Assembly (NCBI GenBank): GCA_045221075.1
Contig: JBGUWL010000147.1
Location: forward strand, 1-60,302
Length of the DNA: 60,302 nucleotides
Direction: 5' to 3'
DNA from: Acutalibacteraceae bacterium
GTDB taxonomy: Bacteria > Bacillota > Clostridia > Oscillospirales > Acutalibacteraceae
The notes below the pieces were generated by a model, which was not told the origin of the DNA, did no database searches, and worked only from the letters and a program-made list of their open reading frames with translations. The position numbers were made by a program, and so were the translations under genes. Position 1 is the first letter of the stretch. Each line of letters starts with the position of its first letter. Below are positions 43,307 to 53,055 of the stretch, piece by piece.

Positions 43307-43945
43307 TTACAGCCACTCGATAGATGTGGTATAAATTACCTCGCAGGCTCCGTTTCCGCTGTCGTACCGGCTGGTGCTGGAATGCCAGGTAAAGATGCCT
43401 CCGCTGGGTGTGTAGCCGTCAATGTCAACAAGGTAGCCCTTAAGACGGATATGGTCGCCGGTGCGCACGGTCATCAGCTTCCATCTTATCTCATCGTTGG
43501 CGGGGACGATATGATTGTTTGACAGCATCGTACCCACATCGCCGTATTCCGAGATCATGGAAAGATCCTTGTTTGTACTGAAATACACGAACCTGTTGTT
43601 CTGCCACCACTTGAAGTCATAATAGGTGTTGTACTGCGCAACGGCCTCCCAGGCAAGGGCAAGATCCCTTGGGGCCATCTTATCACCGTAGCTGCCCGAA
43701 TTGTAGTCATGGGTGCTTACAACAAGGGCCTCGATGTCATATTCATATTTATATTCCACTGCCGCCCTCATATCGTCTATTGCTATGGCGTTATAGTCAT
43801 GAACCGGAGTCTGTACGGGCTCGGGTATATTTGCGATGGAACGCTGTCTTCCCACCTTGTCAATTATATTGAAGCCCAGACCGGTTATCACTCCCAACAG
43901 CGCCGTCAGGATACAGACCTTTTTCAGTTTGTTTTCAAAGCTCAT
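43307..43945 (-). CDS. Hypothetical membrane-anchored protein
   Basis: The ORF has an N-terminal TM (VCILTALLGVITGLGFNII) right after ATG 43945. I cannot name a family. GTG 44005 is an alternative start. Confidence 0.55.
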   Translation of the reverse strand: MSFENKLKKVCILTALLGVITGLGFNIIDKVGRQRSIANIPEPVQTPVHDYNAIAIDDMRAAVEYKYEYDIEALVVSTHDYNSGSYGDKMAPRDLALAWEAVAQYNTYYDFKWWQNNRFVYFSTNKDLSMISEYGDVGTMLSNNHIVPANDEIRWKLMTVRTGDHIRLKGYLVDIDGYTPSGGIFTWHSSTSRYDSGNGACEVIYTTSIEWL

Positions 43946-44180
43946 ACAAACACCGGACCCTTTCTTTATTATTCTGTTATCCAGTGATAACACGGAAACG
44001 CTCACTTTGCTCTCTCAATTAACAGTGAATAATATTTACGTAAATATTGATTTCATCAAAGCAGGAAGAAACCCTCACTGCGGCCGCTCAATGAAATTTT
44101 AACAGTGTGAAGTATCTTATGGATCCGCCCTGCAATTGCCGTCACGTCATTGCCCCGACCCATGGTATATCGGTGCAGTT

Positions 44181-45137
44181 TCAGCATTCGACAGTCCGGC
44201 AAAGCTCTATAAGATCGTTATATGTAACAAGCTCTACCGCTCTTTTCCGCAGAGCGGCGGCTCCCTTCATGCCCTTGAAGTACCATGCGGCGTGTTTGCG
44301 GGCTTCACGCATAGCCACCGGTTCGCCCTTGTATTCGCACATGGTGCGGACATGGCGCAGAAGTACAGTAATACGCTCCGCCGCCGAAACGGGCATCGAA
44401 GGTCTGTCGTGACCGATGAGCATTGAGGTCTCACGGAATATCCACGGGTTGCCAAGCGCTCCCCGTCCTATCATGACCATATCGCACCCGGTCTGCTCCA
44501 TCATAGCGGCGGCATCGGCGGCGCAGGTCACGTCACCATTGCCGATCACCGGAACGCTGACGGCCTTTTTGACCTGTCTGATAATATCCCAGTCGGCGGA
44601 GGGCATATACTGCTGCTCCCGGGTACGGCCGTGAACGGCAACGGCGTCCGCGCCGCTGGCCTCGCAGATCTGCGCCACCTCAACGGCATTCACGGAATTT
44701 TTGTCCCAGCCCTTGCGTATCTTTACCGTCACCGGCACAGGGACGGCGTTCTTTACAGCCTTTACAATTTCCCCGCAAAGAAGCGGGTCCTTCATGAGAG
44801 CCGAGCCGCAGCCGTTTCCGGCGATCTTCGGCGCAGGACAGCCCATGTTGATGTCTATTATATCCGGATGATACTCCATTGCGATAACTGCCGCCTGTGC
44901 CATTGTGTCGGGTTCGTTTCCGAAAAGCTGCACGGCGGCGGGTCTTTCACCGTCAGAAAGCTCCAGCAGTTCACGGGTCTTTTCGCTCTGATACACCAGC
45001 CCCTTTGAGCTGACCATCTCGCCCACAACGTATGCCGCGCCAAAGCTGACACAAAGCTCACGAAATGCCCTGTCTGTCACTCCCGCCATAGGTGCCAGCG
45101 CTGCAAAGCCCTTTATCTCTACGTTTCCTATTTTCAT
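44181..45137 (-). CDS. dusB: tRNA-dihydrouridine synthase (DusB-like)
   Basis: The N-terminus LAPMAGVTDRAFR, the NMGCP catalytic-Cys motif and the VHGRTREQ motif are present. Confidence 0.9.
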   Translation of the reverse strand: MKIGNVEIKGFAALAPMAGVTDRAFRELCVSFGAAYVVGEMVSSKGLVYQSEKTRELLELSDGERPAAVQLFGNEPDTMAQAAVIAMEYHPDIIDINMGCPAPKIAGNGCGSALMKDPLLCGEIVKAVKNAVPVPVTVKIRKGWDKNSVNAVEVAQICEASGADAVAVHGRTREQQYMPSADWDIIRQVKKAVSVPVIGNGDVTCAADAAAMMEQTGCDMVMIGRGALGNPWIFRETSMLIGHDRPSMPVSAAERITVLLRHVRTMCEYKGEPVAMREARKHAAWYFKGMKGAAALRKRAVELVTYNDLIELCRTVEC

Positions 45138-45202
45138 CCGGTCATCACCTGCATTATTATTTTCCGCTCCTATTATACAACACTTTTCCTATTTCTGCAA
45201 CT

Positions 45203-45765
45203 TGCGGCGCAGAGCCTGCGCTCCCAATTCGCGGCGCAGAGCCTGCGCTCCCAATTCGCGGCGGTCGCTCAACTGCCGTTTCGCTCTGGGCTCGGACGGG
45301 AAAGTATTTTTCCCGCGGTTCACGGCACGTCATATACCGTACCCATCCGCCGCCGTGACCCTTAATCGGGTCACTTTCCGGCTGCTGTCATCGGGATTTT
45401 TATATTTCTTACGCTGTCCATGCTCTGGCGTGCCTGTTTATGCGGGAGTCAAATACAGATAAGCATTATTCACTGTTCATTATTCGTTATTCATTATTCA
45501 TTGAGCGAACGAAGTGAGCGTTTCCGGCGCAGAGCACCCCAAGGGCACTTGTTTCACTGCGCCTGCGCTCCCTATTTCGCGGCGCAGAGCCTGCGCTCCC
45601 GATTCGCGGCGGTCGCTCCACTGCGTTTCGCTCTGAACACGGGCAGATTACTTTTACTCCCGCGCCAGACGGCACGGGAATAATATTATCCTGTTCGAGT
45701 TCAGGTGTAACGCAGTGGAGCGACAGCGCGAAATCACCACCGGCGGCTCGCCGGCAGTAACATCT
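45203..45765. repeat. GC-rich mosaic repeat block R4
   Basis: It has a tandem 27-bp duplication GCGGCGCAGAGCCTGCGCTCCCAATTC x2 (45205..45258). The motifs CATTGAGCGAACGAAGTGAGCG and ACCCCAAGGGCACTTGTTTCACTGCG occur in the opposite order to R3. A low-complexity tract TTCATTATTCGTTATTCATTATTCA precedes them. Confidence 0.85.
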
Positions 45766-45772
45766 TTGTAAA

Positions 45773-45801
45773 TTGACATTAAAGTATTGATGTAATATAA
45801 T
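45773..45801 (+). promoter_or_regulatory. Consensus sigma-A promoter of the GT2/TagF-like gene
   Basis: TTGACA-N17-TATAAT (perfect hexamers), 55 nt upstream of ATG 45856. Confidence 0.6.
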
Positions 45802-45855
45802 GGTATAGACGATGTACGGAATTGATCGACCTTTGTTTCTGTTTTGGAGGCTGCC

Positions 45856-48606
45856 ATGCCCAGAGAGTTTTTTTACAGTATCAACCTGCTTATCAAAAGC
45901 GAATCTCACCTTGAAAAGGCAGTCGGCTCTATCACAGCCGATGAAAACTATTTCAAAGAAAACGTTCAGCTCATACTGATAGATTCGCTTTGCAACGAAC
46001 AGACACTAAAGCTCTGTACCGAGTATAACAAAAAATATCCCGAAAACATCTACTTTGTAGACGCCGCCGGACAGTCCGAGGCTCAGGCGTACAATGATGC
46101 CCGCTCACTCTGTACCGGAAGCTATATCGTATATACTGACAACTACGGCGAGTATTCAAAAAAGACTTTCAGCACACTGCAGAACAAGACCCTTAAGACA
46201 GGAAGGATACCCGTTCTTGCAATACAGCCCGTTATATCCCCCTCCGGCGAGGAGCCGCGTCCCTATGTTGAAGGTTTAAAAAACGGTATCGTCAAGCTTA
46301 AGGAAACGCCGGACAGGCTGGTGCTTATGCTTGGATGTTATTTCCTTCACAGAAGGGTCGCAATGCAGCTCAGCTTTGACGAAGGACTGGCTTTTCAGTC
46401 AGACCTGAAATTCATAACCGAGGCCCTGCTTCATACATATTCATACATATTCTCAACATCCCATTATTATACCACTACACTTCCGTCAGACCATGAGCCA
46501 TTCCGCTACGACCCGCAGTACAGCAGACTGTTCTATACCCAGACGATAAACGATCTCGTTATCCCCATGATGATAAATTACCCGGGATCCGTGCTGGCAC
46601 AGAACGTCATGGTATATGCCATAGCCATGAGATTTGCGCTGAACTCCGACGAACGGTTCAAGCACGTTATCATAGGCAGCTTTATAGACGAGTTCTTTGA
46701 CAAGGTATCGGAGGTACTCAAATACATCGACGACGCCGTGATACTCAATAAGGCGATCTACAGACTCTGCGACCTTGACGAAGAGATGTCATTCCGGCTT
46801 CTGCGGCTTAAGTACAAGCAGCCCGAGCTTCGGCCTGACATTGACCTTGTACTGCCGAAGGAGTCAGCAGAAAAAAGCTATCTCAATTCTGCCGGACGGC
46901 TTGAAAAAAGGACTCTCAGCGGCGAGATGGTCGCTCATTACAAGAAAGCCGTTGTGGGCACCTCCAAGGAAATAACCGCCGACATCACGGCCATAAACTA
47001 TGACAGCAGCGGATTGTATATCGACGCGCGGCTCAACGGCTGTTCCTTCCTTGAAAGCAATGAGTTCAGCGTCTTTGTCACGGTTAACGGCGAACGCACC
47101 TCCGTTCTCAAGTCGGATGTCTACACACTGAGAAAATTCTTTGATATACCATTCCTCAAGCGATATTCCTTCCGGTTCTTTGTGCCTGTAAGCAGCGGCA
47201 AAAAGATCGACATGGTATATCTTACCGTAAAGTACCGCAACCTTTCCTTCCGTATCGGAATGACCTTCAACGGCACTTTCTCACGTCTTTCGACCGCCGT
47301 CAAAAGCAGCTACTGGACCTTCCTTGACAGGGTGCTGACCTACGACAGAAAGTCACAGTCGCTGGTAATACGCCGCTCGACCTCCACCCTGCTCAGGATG
47401 TGCGAAAGCAAGTTCATGTCAGATGCGGGGGCTTTTGTAAGTCTTTCCGAATCCCTGTATTACCGCCAGCTGAGAAAAAACGTTCAGAGTATGCTTGCGG
47501 AAAAGGCGGACGCAAAATACCTTATGTTCTATGACGAAACGGGCATAAACGGCAACGGGAGCGTTCTGTTCCGCTATATTGCAAAGCGCAAGCAAAACGA
47601 AAAAGTCAGTGTGTTCTTCTGCGCAAGGCGCTGGACCGAGGAGTACGATCATCTTAACGGAGAAGAATACGGCAGCGTGCTTGAGATCGGTTCAAAGAAG
47701 GCAAAGCAATACGCGCTCTGCGCCGATATCATCTTTGCGTCTGACTGCGACGTCTATGAGTCGCTGCAGTTTTCAAAAAAGGACCTGCTGATGCTGAAGG
47801 ATCTGTTCAGGGCAAACATAGTCTCCGTAAAGAATTTCTTTATCACCTATGCCTCTGCACAGTTCGATAACCGTATCCGGGACAACACTCAGCTTTTCTT
47901 CTGCGCATCACAGAAGGAAAAGGAACATATCCTCAAAAGCGTGTACGACTATGACCCCTCTATGGTCCGGGTCACAGGGTACCCCAGCCTTGACAGACTG
48001 ATCGATGAAAAAGAACGGCTGATACTGCTTTCCCCCGGGGACAGGAGACAGTTCTGTATATATGAGAACTCGGATTATTACAAATTTTCCGAAAGCAGAT
48101 TTTTCCGCGCGTATAACGCTCTGCTGTCTGACCAGAGGCTGCGTGACGCCCTTGAAAAATACGGATATCATCTCGGCGTGCTGATGCCCTATTCTGTTGA
48201 AAAGTTCATCAAGCTGTTCCAGACCGGAGACAGGATAAGCTTTTATTCATACTATGACACAGACCAGAACGAGCTTGTAAAAAAAGCATCCCTGCTTATC
48301 ACCGACTTCTCGGACCTGCAGTACCGCTTTGCATATCTTGACAAGCCTGTTGCATATTATTTTCCGCCGGGACTTCCCGTACCTCAGGAATTCAAGAACG
48401 AGGGTCTTTCAAAGAACAGCTTTGGCAGGATGTTCTTTGACCAGGACAAGCTGACAGAATACCTTGCAAAGGAAATGGCCGATGCGTTTCCCCAGCCCGA
48501 GGCATATTCAAAGATGACCTCAGAGTTCTTTACGTACAAGGACAAGCACAACTGCCAGAGGGTATTCCAGGATATCAAAAACACATTCCTGTCCGACGTA
48601 TACTGA
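45856..48606 (+). CDS. Bifunctional glycosyltransferase family 2 / CDP-glycerol glycerophosphotransferase (TagF-like) protein
   Basis: ATG 45856 with GGAGG 5 nt upstream. The N-terminal GT2-like region is ...LILIDSLCNEQT...YIVYTDN. The C-terminal part ...VTGYPSLDRL...LLITDFSDLQYRFAYLDKPVAYY fits the TagB/TagF family. Confidence 0.78.
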   Translation: MPREFFYSINLLIKSESHLEKAVGSITADENYFKENVQLILIDSLCNEQTLKLCTEYNKKYPENIYFVDAAGQSEAQAYNDARSLCTGSYIVYTDNYGEYSKKTFSTLQNKTLKTGRIPVLAIQPVISPSGEEPRPYVEGLKNGIVKLKETPDRLVLMLGCYFLHRRVAMQLSFDEGLAFQSDLKFITEALLHTYSYIFSTSHYYTTTLPSDHEPFRYDPQYSRLFYTQTINDLVIPMMINYPGSVLAQNVMVYAIAMRFALNSDERFKHVIIGSFIDEFFDKVSEVLKYIDDAVILNKAIYRLCDLDEEMSFRLLRLKYKQPELRPDIDLVLPKESAEKSYLNSAGRLEKRTLSGEMVAHYKKAVVGTSKEITADITAINYDSSGLYIDARLNGCSFLESNEFSVFVTVNGERTSVLKSDVYTLRKFFDIPFLKRYSFRFFVPVSSGKKIDMVYLTVKYRNLSFRIGMTFNGTFSRLSTAVKSSYWTFLDRVLTYDRKSQSLVIRRSTSTLLRMCESKFMSDAGAFVSLSESLYYRQLRKNVQSMLAEKADAKYLMFYDETGINGNGSVLFRYIAKRKQNEKVSVFFCARRWTEEYDHLNGEEYGSVLEIGSKKAKQYALCADIIFASDCDVYESLQFSKKDLLMLKDLFRANIVSVKNFFITYASAQFDNRIRDNTQLFFCASQKEKEHILKSVYDYDPSMVRVTGYPSLDRLIDEKERLILLSPGDRRQFCIYENSDYYKFSESRFFRAYNALLSDQRLRDALEKYGYHLGVLMPYSVEKFIKLFQTGDRISFYSYYDTDQNELVKKASLLITDFSDLQYRFAYLDKPVAYYFPPGLPVPQEFKNEGLSKNSFGRMFFDQDKLTEYLAKEMADAFPQPEAYSKMTSEFFTYKDKHNCQRVFQDIKNTFLSDVY

Positions 48607-48840
48607 TATCGGACACTTGGGCTATAAAGATACGAGCTGCGCTGCATCAGCGCCAAAGACCGTTGTCAAGGCTATATGATATCAGTACTATATCAGGAAT
48701 AATAATACCGCCTTTATTGACAGGGCTTCGGAAGGCTGATCCTCAGTCTTTCAGAACAGAGTCAATAAAGGCGGTCATTTTAATATGTTGATTTTTTAAG
48801 GGTATGAGCATTGACGTTTTTTCAGTTCGTCCTGTTCCTC

Positions 48841-48995
48841 ATACTTAACTCCCATTAAAAGCAGACACAGTCTGCTTTTAATAGCGCGTCAGCGCGTCGG
48901 AGTTTGCATGAAACGTCATCTGTGCATATGCACAGATGGGCACAGCCTGGGGCGGCGCCTTTTCCGATTAAAAGTGTCAGCTTTTAATCGGAAAA
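48841..48995 (-). repeat. Copy 3 of element E (inverted orientation)
   Basis: It is the reverse complement of copies 1 and 2. It begins about 6 nt downstream of the stop of the minus-strand gene 49001..49873. Confidence 0.85.
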
Positions 48996-49000
48996 CAGTA

Positions 49001-49873
49001 TCAGTGCCGGAATACGGATGCAAGCCGCAAAAAGACTGCGCTGTGAGCAGGTTCTGTAAAATAGCTCACTGCAAAAAAACACAGCGCCGCCGAAAGAAAC
49101 ACCGCCGACCAGATCACAAAGCCACGGCTGTAGGCCCTGACCGAGGCATCTCCCGACCTGCCGAAGGACAGTACAAGCGCCGTCACAAGATTAATGACGG
49201 GTATCATAAATACCAGCTGCAGCAAAAACGCCCGGGCTGTGGTGAAAGGTTTCTTTTCAGTTCCCTTCTCCTGCTCATGAGCTTTTGCGGTGTCCGCAGG
49301 AACAGACAGAAGTGTTTCCGCCTCCGCCTTTGCCTGCCTGTCAAGCTCCTTTATCCGGTTTCTGTCAAACACGCGTCTGAAAGGAGGCTGAGCGAGAGCC
49401 TCGATCTCGGTGGCGGTTTTTTCACGCCGGTACAGATCATCAGCGATCTCGTAGATTATACCCGACGCCTCAGGCATAGTACGGCGGTTGTCAGGAAAGG
49501 GAAGCTCCCCGTCGGTCCTGACATATTCGTAACCCATTGGGATAAAAACGTCGTTCCGTTCTTTACTCACAGGCTCCGGTGAACTTTCTGCAGTTTCAGA
49601 AACAGGACTTTCCCGGGATATTGCAGTTTCATCTTTGGCTTCGCCCATGATGACCGACAGAGGTCCCGGTGACAGAACAGGCTGTGCCTGCTGAACGGGA
49701 CTGTCAGTAACGTCGGAAGAATTACGGACACTTTTCAGTTTGTTTCTTTTGCGTTTTTGCTTTGACGGGTGCTTGTCGGTAAGCTCGTCGATATCCTTCG
49801 GTGAAAGAGCCGAGGTCCCGTCGCACACCATTGCGGCAACCGAGGGGTCAATATTGATGGGATCATGTATCAT
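49001..49873 (-). CDS. Hypothetical protein: disordered basic/acidic N-terminal region and two C-terminal TM helices
   Basis: ATG 49873 is preceded by GGAGGA. The TM segments are LLQLVFMIPVINLVTALVL and FVIWSAVFLSAALCFFAVSYF. No family recognised. Confidence 0.55.
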   Translation of the reverse strand: MIHDPINIDPSVAAMVCDGTSALSPKDIDELTDKHPSKQKRKRNKLKSVRNSSDVTDSPVQQAQPVLSPGPLSVIMGEAKDETAISRESPVSETAESSPEPVSKERNDVFIPMGYEYVRTDGELPFPDNRRTMPEASGIIYEIADDLYRREKTATEIEALAQPPFRRVFDRNRIKELDRQAKAEAETLLSVPADTAKAHEQEKGTEKKPFTTARAFLLQLVFMIPVINLVTALVLSFGRSGDASVRAYSRGFVIWSAVFLSAALCFFAVSYFTEPAHSAVFLRLASVFRH

Positions 49874-49923
49874 AGTATATCCTCCGGAAAAGATTCGGCA
49901 GAACGGAGGGATATACTGCATCA

Positions 49924-51195
49924 TCAGAATTTGTTCATAACAAGTCCGGTAATGAGCTTGGGATAGAAATATGTGGATTTCTGGGGCATTTTTTCGCCGG
50001 CCGCAGCAACGTCACGGATCTCTGTGACCTTTGTGGGATTCAGGATAAAGGCGCACTGTGCCTTACCCTGTCTTACGGAATCAATAGCGTCCTCAAACTG
50101 CTTTACATAAGTCAGGTTGATCTGCTTTGCCATGTTTTCGGCGTCTATACCGAGTATCCTTTCAAGCACAAGGGTATGGAGTACGGTAACGTCAAGTCCC
50201 TGTGAAGCGGCGCTTTTTCCGGGAAGAAGCTCCTTCAGTATTCCTTCGTCATTCAGAACAAGAAGACTGTAACCGCTGCCGCCGGTGTAGAAAGCAAAGG
50301 CCTTTTTGCCGTTATCATAGAGCTCCCTGAGCCTTGCTTCGGCTGTGGCAACGTCATCTGCGGATTCAACGTCAAAATACTTTTTGCAGCCCTCGAGTAC
50401 AGCATTGCTGTCGAAGCCCTCGAGATCACGCACAAGACGGTGTGTGGGAAGAACAACAAGTCCGGGATGCTCCATATCCACAAGCATCATCATAACGCAG
50501 TCCTCGCCGCCGGGATTATGACCGGTCTCACGGCAATAGTTGCGGTAGTTGAGAGCGGTCTCGTAGCGGTGGTGACCGTCTGCGATATAGAGCTTTTTAT
50601 CGGCAAAGGCCTGACAGATAAAGCCGATCTGCTCAGGGTCGGTAACGATCCAGAGACGATGTGTAACTCCGTCACGGTCGGTAAGCTCGTTGGCCGGTTC
50701 GCCCTTTGAAAGCTCATCCAGACGTGATGTGATCTCATGCTCCGGATCCATATAGAGAGAATAGATCTGGCTGAAATTGCAGTCGGTGGCCTTCATCAGA
50801 TTGAATCGGTCCTCCTTTGCCTTTGAAAGTGTTTCTTCATGGGGAAGTACAACTCCCTTTGAGAACTCTTCAAGTCGTACCCTTACTATGCAGCCCTTGA
50901 AGCTGGTGTGGAGACCGTTTACGGTAAACTCCTCCTCATAGATGTAGACACCCTCTTTTTCGTCCTGCTGCAGTATGCCTTCACTGAGCCAGCGGTCAAG
51001 AGTGGCGCCTGCCTCGGCGTAGGGATCTTCGCCCTTGGGCAGCTCCAGTCTGATGATGTTGTTGGGGTTCTTTTTGAGGTATTCAAGCCTTTGTTCGTCG
51101 CTGATGATATCGTAGGGCGGACATACAAGATCGGATATCTCCCCTGCTTTCTGAGTGTTGAATCTGAGCGCTCTGAACGGTCTGATCTCTGCCAT
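49924..51195 (-). CDS. DUF1015 family protein
   Basis: ATG 51195 (GGGAGA SD). The N-terminus MAEIRPFRALRFN....DLVCPPYDIIS and the ADGHHRYETAL motif are characteristic of DUF1015/COG4198. Confidence 0.8.
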   Translation of the reverse strand: MAEIRPFRALRFNTQKAGEISDLVCPPYDIISDEQRLEYLKKNPNNIIRLELPKGEDPYAEAGATLDRWLSEGILQQDEKEGVYIYEEEFTVNGLHTSFKGCIVRVRLEEFSKGVVLPHEETLSKAKEDRFNLMKATDCNFSQIYSLYMDPEHEITSRLDELSKGEPANELTDRDGVTHRLWIVTDPEQIGFICQAFADKKLYIADGHHRYETALNYRNYCRETGHNPGGEDCVMMMLVDMEHPGLVVLPTHRLVRDLEGFDSNAVLEGCKKYFDVESADDVATAEARLRELYDNGKKAFAFYTGGSGYSLLVLNDEGILKELLPGKSAASQGLDVTVLHTLVLERILGIDAENMAKQINLTYVKQFEDAIDSVRQGKAQCAFILNPTKVTEIRDVAAAGEKMPQKSTYFYPKLITGLVMNKF

Positions 51196-51212
51196 TGTTT
51201 TTCTCCCTTTCA

Positions 51213-51235
51213 AAAATAGAATACTATTCTATTTT
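51213..51235. promoter_or_regulatory. Perfect 23-bp palindrome (possible operator) just upstream of the DUF1015 gene
   Basis: AAAATAGAATA-C-TATTCTATTTT lies 18 nt upstream of the start codon. Confidence 0.35.
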
Positions 51236-51628
51236 AACCGCTGCAAGGCAGTAATGTCAATGGTTTTGTGGGTATTATATTCAGAATATCCCTCCGTTCT
51301 GCCGTATGTGTACTATAACACAGCAGGCGTAAAAATCTACAGGAAAAATGTATGGCGGCAAACAGTTCAAATTGTCTTTTTCTGAACTATAATACATATC
51401 TTTCAGTAAAGTACAAAATCATTGCAGAAAACGGTATATATTTTTCCTCAGAGAAAAAAAGATAAACGCAGGCACAAAAAACTCCCGGTAAGCTGCATTA
51501 AATTCTGTCGGAATAACGCTTGACAGCATGGCAATTATATTGTAAATTGATATATAAGACATTATGGATACTTTTTTACAAGGTCAGTCACCGTGAATTA
51601 TATGATTGTTTCCGGAAGGAGTTTTATT

Positions 51629-53050
51629 ATGCAGCCAGGCAATCAGAGCCGTCCCCCTCAGAGACCCGCCGGATCTCGTCCCCCAAGACCGGCTCCCCAG
51701 AACTCTCATCAGCCAAACCGCCCTCAGCCCTCACAGAGGCAGAGACCGCCAAAAGATGATATGGAGTATCAGTTTATGAAATACAAACAGAAAAAACAAA
51801 AAAACATGAAGTTCAAAAGAACGGCGCTTCTTGTTGGTCTTGTGGTGCTGATTGCAGTGGTCCTTGTTATCTCCGGTGTCTCATGCTCAAAGTCCTCTTC
51901 CGGGGATACGAAGGAAACGGCCGCAGAAAGTCAGCAGGTCAATTCCACTGCCGCTGAGGGAGAAGAAGCTGCCGAGTCTTCCCGGAAGAACGGAGAAATC
52001 TCCGATACTTCAAAAACGGAAGCTTCGGAAGCATCGGCCCAGACAAAAAATCTCAACTCACACATTTATTCAGTCCAGACCGGACGCTTTACTCCCGAAG
52101 TCATGAATGCGCTTGAGGGCAGTATCAGTTCAAAGTATGTTGTGCTTTATGACGTTACTGCCGACCAGATAATCTTTACGAAGAACGCCGACGATAAGTG
52201 CTACCCCGCAAGCACAACAAAGCTTCTGACCGCTATAACCGCCTGCGGCATCATAACCGACCCGCAGAAGGTCATTACCGTCGGAGATGAGATTTTCATG
52301 ATAGACGAGGAATCCAGCACGGCCTACCTTGAAAAGGATATGCAGCTCACCTTTGAAATGCTCATCGACGCACTTCTTATCCCCTCCGGAAATGACGCGG
52401 CCTATACAATCGCCGTCAACTGCGGAAGGATACTCAAGAATGACACCAAGCTCTCCAACGAAAAGGCCCTTGAAGCCTTTATGGAGCAGGTGAATAAGGT
52501 AGCCGCCGATATAGGCGCTTCACATACCCACTTTGTAACTCCCGACGGTATACATGACGACAACCACTATACATCTGCCCATGATCTTGCAGTCATCGGA
52601 GATTACGCAAAGACCATCCCCCTCATCAGCAAGTCCTGCGCAAAATCCTATTCCGAATGGAAGCTGGTAAAGGGCGGCACCCTCGGATGGCTCAATTCAA
52701 ACAAGATGCTGCAGTCGAATTCGGGACAGTATTCCGAATACTGCGACGGACTGAAGACAGGATTTACCGATGAGGCAGGCTCCTCTGTGGTTTCATCAGC
52801 CACCATCAACGGACACACCTTCATTGCTGTGGCAATGTTCGGAGACTATTACGGAAAGTATGACGACTGCAACCTGCTTTTCCAGAAGGGCTTTGAGCTT
52901 TATAACCTGAAATACACCTTTGACGGGTTCTCATACGGCGGCGGGGACGACACCGGAAATGACACCGGAAACTATACCGATAATGATTACAACAACGATG
53001 AGCCCGCTGAGGAATGGGACGACGATTACTCAGAGGATTATGCGGCCTGA
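51629..53050 (+). CDS. D-alanyl-D-alanine carboxypeptidase (S11) with a Pro/Gln-rich cytoplasmic N-terminus, a TM anchor and an acidic C-tail
   Basis: ATG 51629 (GGAAGGAG SD). Active-site motifs are PASTTKLLT, PSGND and KTGFT. The N-terminus is QPGNQSRPPQRPAGSRPPRP.... Confidence 0.8.
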   Translation: MQPGNQSRPPQRPAGSRPPRPAPQNSHQPNRPQPSQRQRPPKDDMEYQFMKYKQKKQKNMKFKRTALLVGLVVLIAVVLVISGVSCSKSSSGDTKETAAESQQVNSTAAEGEEAAESSRKNGEISDTSKTEASEASAQTKNLNSHIYSVQTGRFTPEVMNALEGSISSKYVVLYDVTADQIIFTKNADDKCYPASTTKLLTAITACGIITDPQKVITVGDEIFMIDEESSTAYLEKDMQLTFEMLIDALLIPSGNDAAYTIAVNCGRILKNDTKLSNEKALEAFMEQVNKVAADIGASHTHFVTPDGIHDDNHYTSAHDLAVIGDYAKTIPLISKSCAKSYSEWKLVKGGTLGWLNSNKMLQSNSGQYSEYCDGLKTGFTDEAGSSVVSSATINGHTFIAVAMFGDYYGKYDDCNLLFQKGFELYNLKYTFDGFSYGGGDDTGNDTGNYTDNDYNNDEPAEEWDDDYSEDYAA

Positions 53051-53055
53051 GTCTC

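Noticed and set aside
48908-49582. 224-aa plus-strand ORF
   Set aside because: It starts inside repeat element E, runs antisense to the better-supported minus-strand gene 49001..49873 (SD GGAGGA, TM helices), and is extremely Arg/Lys/Cys-rich.
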